Of a stretch of 64,000 bases of DNA, positions 36,962 to 46,399 are shown piece by piece. Each line of letters starts with the position of its first letter. Within the stretch, counting starts at the first letter, position 1. Source of the stretch: a virus (taxonomy: Duplodnaviria; Caudoviricetes). The stretch covers positions 12,272 through 76,271 of the IMG/VR virus record IMGVR_UViG_2706796033_000001. One strand, 5' to 3'. The notes under the pieces were generated by a model that was not told where the DNA came from, ran no database searches, and saw only the letters and a program-made list of their open reading frames with translations. The translations under genes were made by a program, and so were the position numbers.

Positions 36962-37825
36962 GTGGCCGTTCACCTAAAGGTCTATGCCGAGAAGCTAGGC
37001 ACTCTTAACGCTGCTGCGGAGCCGTTCAAGTTCCCCGGCGGGGAGCTGCACCTTAAGAACATCTTGCCGCCAATGGACTTTGACGGCGTGACGTGGATTG
37101 CGGACGTGCGGGGCGCTGCCACCGACGACCTGATGACAGCGCTGCTGCTGGCCGACCACGCGGCGCAACAGGGCCAGCCGTTCGTGTTGTTCCTGCCGTA
37201 CCTTCCGGCTGCTCGCGCGGACCGGGGCACGCCGTTCGGCCTGCGGGTGTACGCGGACATGATCAACAACTCTGCCTATGCGGAGCATGTCATTGTCATC
37301 GACCCGCATTCGCCAGTGGCTAACCGGCTGGTTAGGAATATCTGCCCACTTGAGCCTCTGCCGCTGCTAGACCGGGCTTTGGAGAGTCAGGGCCATTGGC
37401 GGTACGACGGCATCATTGCGCCAGACAAGGGCGCGAGGGACCGGGCCGAGGCGGTCGCTAAGAACTACGGGTTAGACCTGTATGTCGCCGAAAAGGACCG
37501 CGATTTCGTGACGGGCCAGATTTACGAAATTAAGGTGCCTAACCTGCCTAAGAGCGGTAAGTACCTGGTCGTTGACGATATCTGCGACGGTGGCCGGACA
37601 TTCCTAATGCTGGCGCACGACACGTTTCTACCCAAAGAGAACATTGATCTTTGGGTTACGCACGGCATTTTTTCCGGAGCGGCTACCAACCTCCGGAATT
37701 ACTACGGGCGCATCATGACGACCGACTCTCACCCCGGCCATAACCGGGTGGGCGTGGCTACGTCGATTGTGCCGACTTTCACGTACATGCACCAGGCGAT
37801 GGTTGAGCTTAAGGGGATAGGGTGA
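36962..37825 (+). CDS. Ribose-phosphate pyrophosphokinase-like protein (Adps-like)
   Basis: FPGGE, PYLPAARADR, DPHS, APDKGA, VVDDICDGGRTF, THG. Confidence 0.85.
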   Translation: MAVHLKVYAEKLGTLNAAAEPFKFPGGELHLKNILPPMDFDGVTWIADVRGAATDDLMTALLLADHAAQQGQPFVLFLPYLPAARADRGTPFGLRVYADMINNSAYAEHVIVIDPHSPVANRLVRNICPLEPLPLLDRALESQGHWRYDGIIAPDKGARDRAEAVAKNYGLDLYVAEKDRDFVTGQIYEIKVPNLPKSGKYLVVDDICDGGRTFLMLAHDTFLPKENIDLWVTHGIFSGAATNLRNYYGRIMTTDSHPGHNRVGVATSIVPTFTYMHQAMVELKGIG

Positions 37826-39306
37826 GCACGAAGTTCGCGCCGGTCGCGGCGCTATTCGAGACGGACGCATACAAGCTGGGCCACGTCGACCAGTACGCGC
37901 TTAGCGGGAATGTGACTCGGGTGTATTCCAACTACACCAACCGTAAGTCGCGTCTGCCGGGCGTCGATAAGGTCGTGCATTTCGGGTTGCAGGCTTACAT
38001 CGCTAAGCATCTGATGGACGCGTTTGAGCCGTTCTTTGCGGCTAGGGAGAATGAGGTTGCCGCGCTTTACGAGGAGCGTGTTGCCCAGATTCTCGGGCCG
38101 GATGCAGCTCACGCGATTGGGTCGGACCATATTCGCCAGTTGCATGGGCTGGGGTTCCTGCCGCTGCGGTTCTGCGCGGTGCCTGAGGGGACGCTAGTGC
38201 CTATCGGGGTGCCGTCGTTCACGGTGGAGAACACTCACGAGTCGTTCTACTGGCTGACCAACTACATCGAGACGGGCCTTAGCGCTGGGGTCTGGCAGGC
38301 CAGCACGTCCGCGACCATCGCTAAGCAGTACCGGCGGGTGCTTGAGGCTGCGGCCTTGCGGACCGGCGCGGACCTGGCGGGCGTCGACTGGCAGTGCCAT
38401 GACTTCTCTTACCGGGGCATGTCCTCACATGAGAGCGCGGCGGCGTCGGGCGCGGCTCACCTGTTGAGCTTCACCGGTACGGACTCGCTGGTGTCGCTGG
38501 ATTGGATCGACCGCTACTACGGCGGCGACTACGTGGCGGGGTCGGTTCCGGCTACCGAGCACTCGGTGATGTGTACCGGCATTGAGACGGTCGGGGAGCT
38601 TGAGACGTTCAAGCGGCTGCTGGACCTGTACCCGTCCGGAATCGTCAGCGTCGTGTCCGACACTTTCGATCTGTGGAAGGTGCTGACCACGTACCTGCCG
38701 ACGCTGCATAAGCAGATCGTGGGCCGGGACGGCAAGCTGGTCATTCGGCCTGACTCCGGCGATCCAGAGACCATCATTTGCGGCGACGACACGAATCCTC
38801 CGGCGTCCCCGGCGGGCATGGGCGTCCTAGGTCTGCTGTATGAGCATTTCGGCGGTAAGAAGAACGCTGGGGGGTTCATTGAGCTTGACCCGCACGTGGG
38901 TGTGATCTACGGCGACTCGATCACGCTTGAGCGCGCCGAGCGCATCACCGCGCGTATGGAGCGGCTGGGTTATGCGTCGTCCAACGTGGTGTTTGGGGTC
39001 GGGTCGTTCACGTACCAGTACAACACCCGCGACACGTTCGGGTCCGCGATGAAAGCGACGTGGGCTGAGGTCGACGGCAAGGGCTACAACCTGCTTAAGA
39101 ATCCGGTGACCGACGACGGGACCAAGAGGTCCGCTACGGGCCGGTTGGCGGTGTTGGAGAACATCTGGGGCGATCTGGCGCTCAAGCAGAACGCCTCGAT
39201 TGAGGACGAGAAGGCGAGCTTGCTCCGTCCCGTTTGGGAGAACGGAAAGTTTCTAGGCCGGCAGTCGTTTGCGCAGGTCAGGGACGTTCTAGCGCGTCAG
39301 CGGTAG
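37822..39306 (+). CDS. Nicotinamide phosphoribosyltransferase-like protein (Namat-like)
   Basis: TDAYKLGH, HDFSYRG, PATEHS, VSDT, IRPDSGDP, YGDSIT, GSFTYQ. Confidence 0.9.
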   Translation: MSTKFAPVAALFETDAYKLGHVDQYALSGNVTRVYSNYTNRKSRLPGVDKVVHFGLQAYIAKHLMDAFEPFFAARENEVAALYEERVAQILGPDAAHAIGSDHIRQLHGLGFLPLRFCAVPEGTLVPIGVPSFTVENTHESFYWLTNYIETGLSAGVWQASTSATIAKQYRRVLEAAALRTGADLAGVDWQCHDFSYRGMSSHESAAASGAAHLLSFTGTDSLVSLDWIDRYYGGDYVAGSVPATEHSVMCTGIETVGELETFKRLLDLYPSGIVSVVSDTFDLWKVLTTYLPTLHKQIVGRDGKLVIRPDSGDPETIICGDDTNPPASPAGMGVLGLLYEHFGGKKNAGGFIELDPHVGVIYGDSITLERAERITARMERLGYASSNVVFGVGSFTYQYNTRDTFGSAMKATWAEVDGKGYNLLKNPVTDDGTKRSATGRLAVLENIWGDLALKQNASIEDEKASLLRPVWENGKFLGRQSFAQVRDVLARQR

Positions 39307-39313
39307 GTGAGGG

Positions 39314-39331
39314 TGTCCGACTTTTCGGACA
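39314..39331. promoter_or_regulatory. Distal copy of the immunity-region operator
   Basis: TGTCCGACTTTTCGGACA is the exact reverse complement of 22284-22301. Confidence 0.6.
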
Positions 39332-39393
39332 CTTTCGCATGTTTCCGGAGTACATGTGTTGTACTCGAATGGCGAACGAGAAAGGAGGTCACA

Positions 39394-40320
39394 ATGACGC
39401 TGACCTTAACCGCGATGCGGGGCTATCCCGGTTCGGGTAAGTCCACTAAGGCGCGGGAGATTGCAGACGCTACCGGCGCTGTTGTTGTGTGCCGGGACGA
39501 TCTGCGGATGATGCTGCACGGCACTTATTTCTCGGGCAAGAAAGAGCTTGAGGATGAGGTAACGGTTGCGGAGCGTGCGCAGGTCAGCGCGTTCCTTAAG
39601 GCTGGTATCTCGGTCGTTGTCGACGCTACGCATTTGGAGCCGTCTTACTTGCGTAAGTGGGCGAAGATGGCGAGCCAGTACGGCGCAGAGTTCAAGCGCG
39701 TCGATATCGAGACGCCCGCTAGCTACTGCATCGTCAATGACTTCAAGCGCGGCGAGGCCGGAGACCGGACTGTCGGCGCGGAAGTGATTAACCGGATGGC
39801 TAAGCGTCACCCGATTAAGAACTGGCCGAATATCCAGGCTCCTCCGACGTTCGACCCTAAGCCGGTCGAGTGGGTGCCGGGTCTGCCGGAAGCCATCATT
39901 GTCGATATCGACGGCACGGTGGCGCACATGGCGGGCCGGTCACCCTACGACTACACGCAGGTTCACACCGACACGGTTGACGAGAATGTGCGCTGGCTGG
40001 TCAACCACATGTACGAACTGGGCGATCCTGGCTGCCGGGTGCTGTTCGTGTCGGGCCGCGACGATTCCTGCCGTGAGGCGACTGAGCAGTGGTTGTGGGA
40101 GAACGGTATCTCTTACGACGAGCTGCACATGCGGCCCACTGGCGCTAAGGACGAGCGCGGCAACAAGCTGCCGGATTACCTGGTGAAGTACGACCTGTTC
40201 AACCTGAACATTCGCGGTAAGTACAACGTCCGCTTTGTGTTGGACGACCGGGACCAGGTTGTGAATCTGTGGCGGTCACTTGGCCTTAAGTGCCTGCAAG
40301 TGCAGCCGGGGGACTTCTGA
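39394..40320 (+). CDS. pnk: Polynucleotide 5'-kinase/3'-phosphatase
   Basis: GYPGSGKST P-loop, RDDLR; HAD DIDGT, SGR, DDR; AGGAGG RBS. Confidence 0.9.
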   Translation: MTLTLTAMRGYPGSGKSTKAREIADATGAVVVCRDDLRMMLHGTYFSGKKELEDEVTVAERAQVSAFLKAGISVVVDATHLEPSYLRKWAKMASQYGAEFKRVDIETPASYCIVNDFKRGEAGDRTVGAEVINRMAKRHPIKNWPNIQAPPTFDPKPVEWVPGLPEAIIVDIDGTVAHMAGRSPYDYTQVHTDTVDENVRWLVNHMYELGDPGCRVLFVSGRDDSCREATEQWLWENGISYDELHMRPTGAKDERGNKLPDYLVKYDLFNLNIRGKYNVRFVLDDRDQVVNLWRSLGLKCLQVQPGDF

Positions 40321-40321
40321 C

Positions 40322-40522
40322 ATGGCTAAGACGTGGCAGGACGAACTTAAGGAATGGCTAGCGCGGACTGACGGCCTGGCGTTGAACCTGATCGGAGACA
40401 AAGCGCTAGCCGAAGCTCGGGAGCATATTCCATCTGTTCCTAGCGATGACTTCTGGCGCGGATACCGAGCGGCACTCAAAGACGTTGAGCAGTGGCGTAG
40501 GGCGCGGGAGGAGACCGACTAA
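40322..40522 (+). CDS. Hypothetical protein
   Basis: Coupled ORF. Confidence 0.45.
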   Translation: MAKTWQDELKEWLARTDGLALNLIGDKALAEAREHIPSVPSDDFWRGYRAALKDVEQWRRAREETD

Positions 40523-40710
40523 TGGCGGTGAGCATCACCGGCGACGGTATGGCGATTGCGCTGGATGGCGAAGTGGGACTCACCTACGACCGCAAGACCA
40601 AGGTAATTGAGATTACCGGCCTTAGCGAGCATGACCGGGTAATCCACAGGACCGCGACTGGCGGCCTCGGTTCGACCTACGACCAGATGGTTCGTATCGA
40701 ACTCAAGTAA
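40522..40710 (+). CDS. Hypothetical protein
   Basis: GGAGGAG RBS, TAATG coupling. Confidence 0.5.
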   Translation: MAVSITGDGMAIALDGEVGLTYDRKTKVIEITGLSEHDRVIHRTATGGLGSTYDQMVRIELK

Positions 40711-40869
40711 AAACTTGGATGGGTGCGTTAAAGGGCGGTTAACCCGTTCCCAAAGTGGGAAGGTACCCATGTCGCCCCAAGCCTGGCCCAAGACCCAATC
40801 GAAGCTGGCGAGGTCTGTGCTGCGCACCCATCTAACTAACTTTCCCCCTCCCCTAAACGGGGGACAGTT

Positions 40870-41283
40870 TTGGAGCACCTGCTAATAGCGCCTTTCAAAC
40901 GGCCACCAATGACCGCTAACGATCAGCGGCGCGCACATTGGGCGGTAGTCCGAAAGGCCAAGCAAGAGGTAGGGGACACGGTTTACTGGTTGGCCCGGCG
41001 GGCGGGCGTTAAGGACTTAGGTCCGTCCGTCGTGTCATTCCTGTGGTACACGCCAACCAGGCGGGCTACCGATTCCGATTCCCTCGGCCCTTTCGTCAAA
41101 GGGGCCTTAGACGGATTAGTAAGGGCTGGCGTTTGGCCTGACGACAACTCTAAGTACGTCAAACAAACGCGCATGGCAGTAACGGACTCGGATACGAAAA
41201 ATCCACGGATTGAGATAAGGATTTGGGAAGTTGGCGAAACCGGAATCGAGCTGGCGGGAGCTGGCGGCGTGCCAGTTCATTGA
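40870..41283 (+). CDS. rusA: RusA-like Holliday junction resolvase
   Basis: D.D.L....K...DGL..AGVWPDD....V. Confidence 0.75.
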   Translation: MEHLLIAPFKRPPMTANDQRRAHWAVVRKAKQEVGDTVYWLARRAGVKDLGPSVVSFLWYTPTRRATDSDSLGPFVKGALDGLVRAGVWPDDNSKYVKQTRMAVTDSDTKNPRIEIRIWEVGETGIELAGAGGVPVH

Positions 41284-41527
41284 CCCCGAACTGTTCTTCC
41301 CTAACAAGGGTGGATCGGCAGACGCGCCTAAGCGTGTGTGCAACACGATGTGTGACGTTCGGGAGCAATGCCTAGAGGCTGCGATGCGTGAAGAGTACGG
41401 CCTGAGTAAGACTCACCGGTTCGGCGTTCGCGGCGGGTTAGTGCCGAATGCGCGGTACGCGCTAGCGATAGAGCGTGGCGAATATGTCGGTAAGGATCAT
41501 TGGGCAGATTACGGAGAGGTTGCGTAA
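41231..41527 (+). CDS. whiB: WhiB family transcription factor
   Basis: AAC...DPELFFP...C...C.V...C...GVRGG. Confidence 0.85.
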   Translation: MAKPESSWRELAACQFIDPELFFPNKGGSADAPKRVCNTMCDVREQCLEAAMREEYGLSKTHRFGVRGGLVPNARYALAIERGEYVGKDHWADYGEVA

Positions 41528-41932
41528 GTGTATTCGGTTAACCAGCGCGTCGGCGTTGAAATGCGGTTCCGCGCCAATCAGATCAGCCGGGGTAATGCGT
41601 TCAGCATTCCGGTAACGAACGTGAGCGGTGTGCGGAGCAAGCTGATTCCTGAGCTGGATATTCCTGATCTGCCGGGGGCGGCTTGCAAGGGCACGGTTAC
41701 CGACGCTGACGACGACCCGTTCTTTCCTAAGGCGGGAGCTGGCGGGCGGAAGCAGGTCGCAGAGGCTCGTGTCATGTGCAACGGCTGCCCAGTCAAAAAG
41801 AAGTGCTTAGACGTGGCGCTCGAGTGGGACCGCGCTCACCCCGATTATTTCGACCGGACGCAAGGCGTTTGGGGCGGGACTACGGAAGCGGAGCGCCGGG
41901 AAATCCTTAAGGGGGAGAACAATGCTGCTTAG
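41528..41932 (+). CDS. whiB: WhiB family transcription factor
   Basis: AAC...FFP...CNGCPV..KC...GVWGGTTEAERR. Confidence 0.85.
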   Translation: MYSVNQRVGVEMRFRANQISRGNAFSIPVTNVSGVRSKLIPELDIPDLPGAACKGTVTDADDDPFFPKAGAGGRKQVAEARVMCNGCPVKKKCLDVALEWDRAHPDYFDRTQGVWGGTTEAERREILKGENNAA

Positions 41933-42152
41933 CACCACGATAAAGCTGCACTGCGGAGTCTTGGAGTACGGGTTTAACCCGGCGCATAGCTACCACCTGG
42001 TCACGGTCTCTAAGGGCTGCACCAGGGCTTTCCGCCGAGACCTGTACCGGTCGGCGGGCGAGGCCGTTAACGCGCTGGCACCGTACCGCGAGGAGAACAC
42101 AGAGGTGGCGTCTCTGATCCGCTGGCTGTCCCGCTTCCCGCACGATGCGTAG
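41922..42152 (+). CDS. Hypothetical protein
   Basis: GGAG RBS. Confidence 0.45.
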   Translation: MLLSTTIKLHCGVLEYGFNPAHSYHLVTVSKGCTRAFRRDLYRSAGEAVNALAPYREENTEVASLIRWLSRFPHDA

Positions 42153-42227
42153 GCGTAAGCACCGCCGGAACTGGCGGCGGTTCCTGTCCGACCTGTTCGA
42201 CTCATTCCTTGATGGGGTGTTCGACGT

Positions 42228-42794
42228 ATGGGACTAGCGGAACGCTGCCGTTCAGGGCGCAAGTGCGTTAGTCGCACTCCGGACGGCCCAGCCCTAGTCG
42301 CATTGCGTCCGCTGTGCGACGGCTGCATTAAGGACATTCAGAAGTGCCTAGATGAACTCCCGACCTACTCGGAACTGCTCGAAACGTATAAGGGCTACGT
42401 GCCCGGCTCGGTGGGGCAGTCGAAGGTCAGTTCATCGGCAGAGCCTAAGGCTCCGTTAAACCTGACGGTCGTTGACCTGATCGGCCAGATTCGCGCGGTG
42501 ATCCACCGGGCGGACGGCTACCAGGTGCGCGACCTAATCACGCTTACCGGTGGCCTAGAGGTAGCGCTCGATATCCGTGATGTTTATTCCAAGGCTGACG
42601 GGATTATCGGGCTGCAAAGGGTGTGGGAGCGCCGGAGGGTGCCCTGTCCCGAATGCGGGCTACCCACGTTAGGTGGGTGGGTTGGCGAGGATCGCATTTA
42701 CTGCACTAATGCGGATTGCGGGAACGTCTTAACCAAAGCCCAGTACGAAGAATATTGCGAAATGAAATCAAAGGAGAAACGTGCCAAACGCTGA
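42228..42794 (+). CDS. Zn-finger hypothetical protein
   Basis: Several CxxC pairs. Confidence 0.55.
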   Translation: MGLAERCRSGRKCVSRTPDGPALVALRPLCDGCIKDIQKCLDELPTYSELLETYKGYVPGSVGQSKVSSSAEPKAPLNLTVVDLIGQIRAVIHRADGYQVRDLITLTGGLEVALDIRDVYSKADGIIGLQRVWERRRVPCPECGLPTLGGWVGEDRIYCTNADCGNVLTKAQYEEYCEMKSKEKRAKR

Positions 42795-43176
42795 AATTCA
42801 GATTCAGGGCAACCTTACCGCTGATCCGGAATTGCGGTTCCTTGACTCTGGCGTGGCCGTCGCTCAGTTCTCGGTGGCTTCTACGCCTCGGGTTAAGAAG
42901 GGCGACGAGTGGGTGGACGGCGAGACGGTGTTCCTCCGTACGCAGGTGTGGCGGGAGCTGGCCGAAGGCGCTGCCGAGAATCTGCGTAAGGGCGATTCGG
43001 TCGTGGTGATCGGCAAGCTCAAGCAGCGGAGCTACATGAAGGACGAGAACGGCGAGAAGGTTAAGAAAACCGTCTTTGAAATCGACGGCGAGTTCGTCGG
43101 AAAGAACGTCCGCAAGCGTCGGGAGCAGGGTGGCGGCGGGTACCAGTCTGCCGCTAACGACGCTCCTGCCTGGTAA
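42781..43176 (+). CDS. ssb: Single-stranded DNA-binding protein
   Basis: GNLTADPELRF..SG.AVA.F.VASTPR, LRKGD.V.V.G.LKQRSY. Confidence 0.95.
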   Translation: MPNAEIQIQGNLTADPELRFLDSGVAVAQFSVASTPRVKKGDEWVDGETVFLRTQVWRELAEGAAENLRKGDSVVVIGKLKQRSYMKDENGEKVKKTVFEIDGEFVGKNVRKRREQGGGGYQSAANDAPAW

Positions 43177-43238
43177 GCGAAACCACCGGAGGTAGGGCTA
43201 GTTGATCCTGGCCCTATCTCCGGCCTTAAGGATACGAA

Positions 43239-43457
43239 ATGTCTCACGAGAAAACTTCCGTTGTGCTGCGAAAGATCGACAAGGCCGCGCGGGTGCGAGG
43301 TCTGACTTTCGAGATTCGACGGCCCGGCGGTAATCACACCATTTATGACTTAGACGGTCTGATGGTCACTATCCCGAATGGCTCTAAGGTCACGCGGGTT
43401 GAGGCCACTTACCGGCAATTGCAGGACAAACTTGGGAAGGGCTGGTGGCGGCAGTGA
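43239..43457 (+). CDS. HicA-like protein
   Basis: R.GGNH.IY......VTIP, LGKGWW. Confidence 0.55.
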   Translation: MSHEKTSVVLRKIDKAARVRGLTFEIRRPGGNHTIYDLDGLMVTIPNGSKVTRVEATYRQLQDKLGKGWWRQ

Positions 43458-43521
43458 CGTGGCGCAAGGTTCTTAAGGTAATCGACCGGATTTTGTGGGG
43501 TGTAGAGGGGCGGTGGGTTAA

Positions 43522-44808
43522 GTGAGCTTTGATGCTCCGGAGAACGCTAATTACGCGGCGACCATTGTTAAGTTGCCGCAGGGGGTTCTCCTAGACGGTC
43601 TGGACAACCTGGTCGGCGTGCCTATGTTCGGTTACCAGGCGCTCACCCAAAAAGAGGGCTACGAGCTGGGCGCGCTGCGCGTGCTGTTCATGGCTGAGAC
43701 TCAGCTTGACACGGAGTACGCGCGGGAAAACAACCTGTTCCGTGAGGCCACCTTGAACCGGGATGCCAGCGAGACGGGCTACCTAGAGCCGAATGCGCGC
43801 GTCAAGGCGCTCCGGCTGCGTAAGCACCAGTCGGACGCCCTGCTAATGCCGGTGGAGTCGCTGGCCTATACCGGCTACGACGTGTCGACGCTCAAGCCGG
43901 GTGACACGTTCGACAAGCTGAACGGTCACACGATCTGCCGGAAGTACGTCCCGAAGGGTAAGAAGCAGGCCACGCAGGGCCAGCCCAAGGTGCGTAAGCA
44001 GGTGGACGAGCGGCTGTTCCCGAAGCATCTGGACACGGAGCATTGGTTCCGGAATATGCACTACTTCCGCGACCCGAAGTCTGCGGTGGTGACGCAGAAG
44101 TTGCACGGTACGAGCTGGCGCGGTGGCAACGTCCCGGTTAACCGGACTAAGGGTCGGTTTGAGCGGTTCCTGAACCGTCTGGGCATTGCGACTCCGGACA
44201 CTGAGTACAAGCACGTGTTCGGCTCTCGGAATGTGGTTAAGGGCCGGTCGGAGAACAACCACTTTTACAAGGCTGACCTGTGGGCGAAGTTCGGCGAGAA
44301 GCTTGAGGGCAAGATTCCGGAGAACTTCATCATCTACGGCGAGCTGATCGGCTGGGTCAGTGAGGATGAGCCGATCCAGCGGGGCTACACGTACAACCTG
44401 CCGCCGGGGCAGTGCGAGCTTTACGTGTACCGGGTTGCGACGGTGAACCCTAAGGGTGTTATCGCGGACCTGTCATGGGAAGGTGTTAAAGACTTCTGCC
44501 GGTCGCTGGACCTTAAGACGGTCCCTGAGTTGCAGAACTTTAACAACTTCTTCGTTAACTCTGACGAGGAAGATGTGCGCGTTTCCAACTTGGGCGCTTA
44601 CTGGCTGGATAAGCGTTATGCCGACATGGATAAAGAGTGGCCGGACAAGCCGGTTCCGCTGAGTGACCGTAAGACGGTTGACGAAGGTATCTGTGTCCGT
44701 ATCGAGGGCCAGATTCCGCACGTGTTCAAGGCGAAGTCGCCTCGGTTCTTAGAGCACGAGACTAAGCAGTTGGATAAGGGAGAGGTTGACCTTGAAGCGG
44801 TGGCCTAA
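43522..44808 (+). CDS. RNA ligase (Rnl2-like)
   Basis: TQKLHGTS (motif I), GSR, IYGELIG, DEGICVR, KAKS. Confidence 0.85.
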   Translation: MSFDAPENANYAATIVKLPQGVLLDGLDNLVGVPMFGYQALTQKEGYELGALRVLFMAETQLDTEYARENNLFREATLNRDASETGYLEPNARVKALRLRKHQSDALLMPVESLAYTGYDVSTLKPGDTFDKLNGHTICRKYVPKGKKQATQGQPKVRKQVDERLFPKHLDTEHWFRNMHYFRDPKSAVVTQKLHGTSWRGGNVPVNRTKGRFERFLNRLGIATPDTEYKHVFGSRNVVKGRSENNHFYKADLWAKFGEKLEGKIPENFIIYGELIGWVSEDEPIQRGYTYNLPPGQCELYVYRVATVNPKGVIADLSWEGVKDFCRSLDLKTVPELQNFNNFFVNSDEEDVRVSNLGAYWLDKRYADMDKEWPDKPVPLSDRKTVDEGICVRIEGQIPHVFKAKSPRFLEHETKQLDKGEVDLEAVA

Positions 44809-44967
44809 GGCCATTGTCGCGGGGGCCGCAGTGCTGGCAGCTTTCGGGCTGTCGGCCTGCGGCTCTGCCGTGCCAGCCAATACATACAAGCAGAAATTGC
44901 CGGATGGACGCACCGTTCAGTGCGTTACGAGTGGGCCTGCTATTAGCTGCGATTGGAGCAATGCTAA

Positions 44968-45618
44968 GTGACAGATATTAAGGACGCATTCAAGGCTGCC
45001 AAGCTGCGGGAGGCTGAGGCTAAGGCCGATCTTGCGGTGTTGCAGACCGGCCAGGCGCAGCGGGCCGAGCGTCATTTCCTAGCGACCGACGACATGGTTC
45101 ACCAGCACTATTTCATCGGCGGCGTGGACTCTAAGAACGTCAATGAGTGCGCGCAGCACCTTGAGTTCTGGCACCGGCTGGACCCGACGTGCGACATGAA
45201 CGTTGAGATTCACTCCGGCGGTGGGTCGTGCTTGGCGGGCTTGAGCCTGTTCGACAACCTGACCCGCTACAGCTTGCGCGGCGGTGGTGGGCACAAGGTG
45301 ACCATGACTGTGCGTGGCTTGGCCGCGAGCATGGCGACGGTCCTGGTGCAGGCCGCCGACGAGCGCGTTATCGGGCCTGAGTCGTTCTTCATGGTTCACG
45401 AGCTGTCCGGTAACACGGCGGGCAAGATCGGTGAGCTTGAGGACACGATGGCGTTCTACCGGAAGCTCAATACGCGTATCGGTGAGATTTACGTCGAGCG
45501 GTCCGGTGGTAAGTGCTCTGCCGAGAAGTTCGCGGCGCTGTGGACGCGTCAGGACGTTTGGCTTAACGCTCAGGAGGCTTTCGATCTGGGCTTTGTGGAC
45601 CGGATTGAGGGGGTCTAA
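44968..45618 (+). CDS. ClpP-like protease
   Basis: IHSGGGS, GLAASMA, FMVHE, DVWL.A.EA..LGFVD. Confidence 0.9.
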   Translation: MTDIKDAFKAAKLREAEAKADLAVLQTGQAQRAERHFLATDDMVHQHYFIGGVDSKNVNECAQHLEFWHRLDPTCDMNVEIHSGGGSCLAGLSLFDNLTRYSLRGGGGHKVTMTVRGLAASMATVLVQAADERVIGPESFFMVHELSGNTAGKIGELEDTMAFYRKLNTRIGEIYVERSGGKCSAEKFAALWTRQDVWLNAQEAFDLGFVDRIEGV

Positions 45619-46053
45619 GTGGAGTACGGCATGAGCGCGGCTGACGCCGCATACAGGGACGCGGCTAAGGCTCCCACGTTGAATGGCCGTAAGGCTGAGC
45701 ACAGGGTGCAGCCGCATGAGGTGGCGAGCGCTAAGGTGCTGCCGACCACGCGGGGCGAGGGTGAGGTATTGACCCTTACCGCTGCCGAGCACAAAGCGGC
45801 GCGCAAGGCCATCGGCCAGATTCACGCGAACATGGACGTGAAGCTGCAAGCTGTGCTGGACGCCATTAACCACGTGCGGTCTAACGATCCGGTGGGGACG
45901 CTGCGTAAGAACAGCAAGGGCGTGTACGCGTTCGCATTTGAGCCGGGCAAGTGGCTGCTGATCGACGTGGATAAGCCTGCGTACAAGTCGGTGGAGACGC
46001 CTGCTGATAACGCGGCCATTCAGAACTCATGGGAGCTGGTGGTTTCCGGCTAG
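45619..46053 (+). CDS. Hypothetical protein
   Basis: Abuts the ClpP stop. Confidence 0.55.
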   Translation: MEYGMSAADAAYRDAAKAPTLNGRKAEHRVQPHEVASAKVLPTTRGEGEVLTLTAAEHKAARKAIGQIHANMDVKLQAVLDAINHVRSNDPVGTLRKNSKGVYAFAFEPGKWLLIDVDKPAYKSVETPADNAAIQNSWELVVSG

Positions 46054-46159
46054 TGGTCAATTACCTGTCGGGGTTGTTCGTGGGCGCGGTCGTTGGGGCC
46101 GCGCCCACGGTCTACCTGTTCGCCAGCGGCAAGTTCTCAATCACGCCTGAGGGGGACGA

Positions 46160-46399
46160 GTGAGCTACACATTGCTAGCAGGGTCAGCTAACGGCCTGGC
46201 CCTGGTCAGCCATCCGGACGGCGGGGTGTTCCGCTACAACTTCGGGCGTCCGGACGGCATCATCTTCTACCAGAATGCGGACCATGCTGAGGCGTTCAAC
46301 CCTGGTGAGCATCTGCTGTGGGATTACTACGGTCGCAAGTTCGACACGCTCGATGCGCTGCGGGTCTGGTGGGCTTACGAGCGGACCAGCGGTGGCTAA
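46160..46399 (+). CDS. Hypothetical protein
   Basis: GAGGGGG RBS. Confidence 0.5.
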   Translation: MSYTLLAGSANGLALVSHPDGGVFRYNFGRPDGIIFYQNADHAEAFNPGEHLLWDYYGRKFDTLDALRVWWAYERTSGG

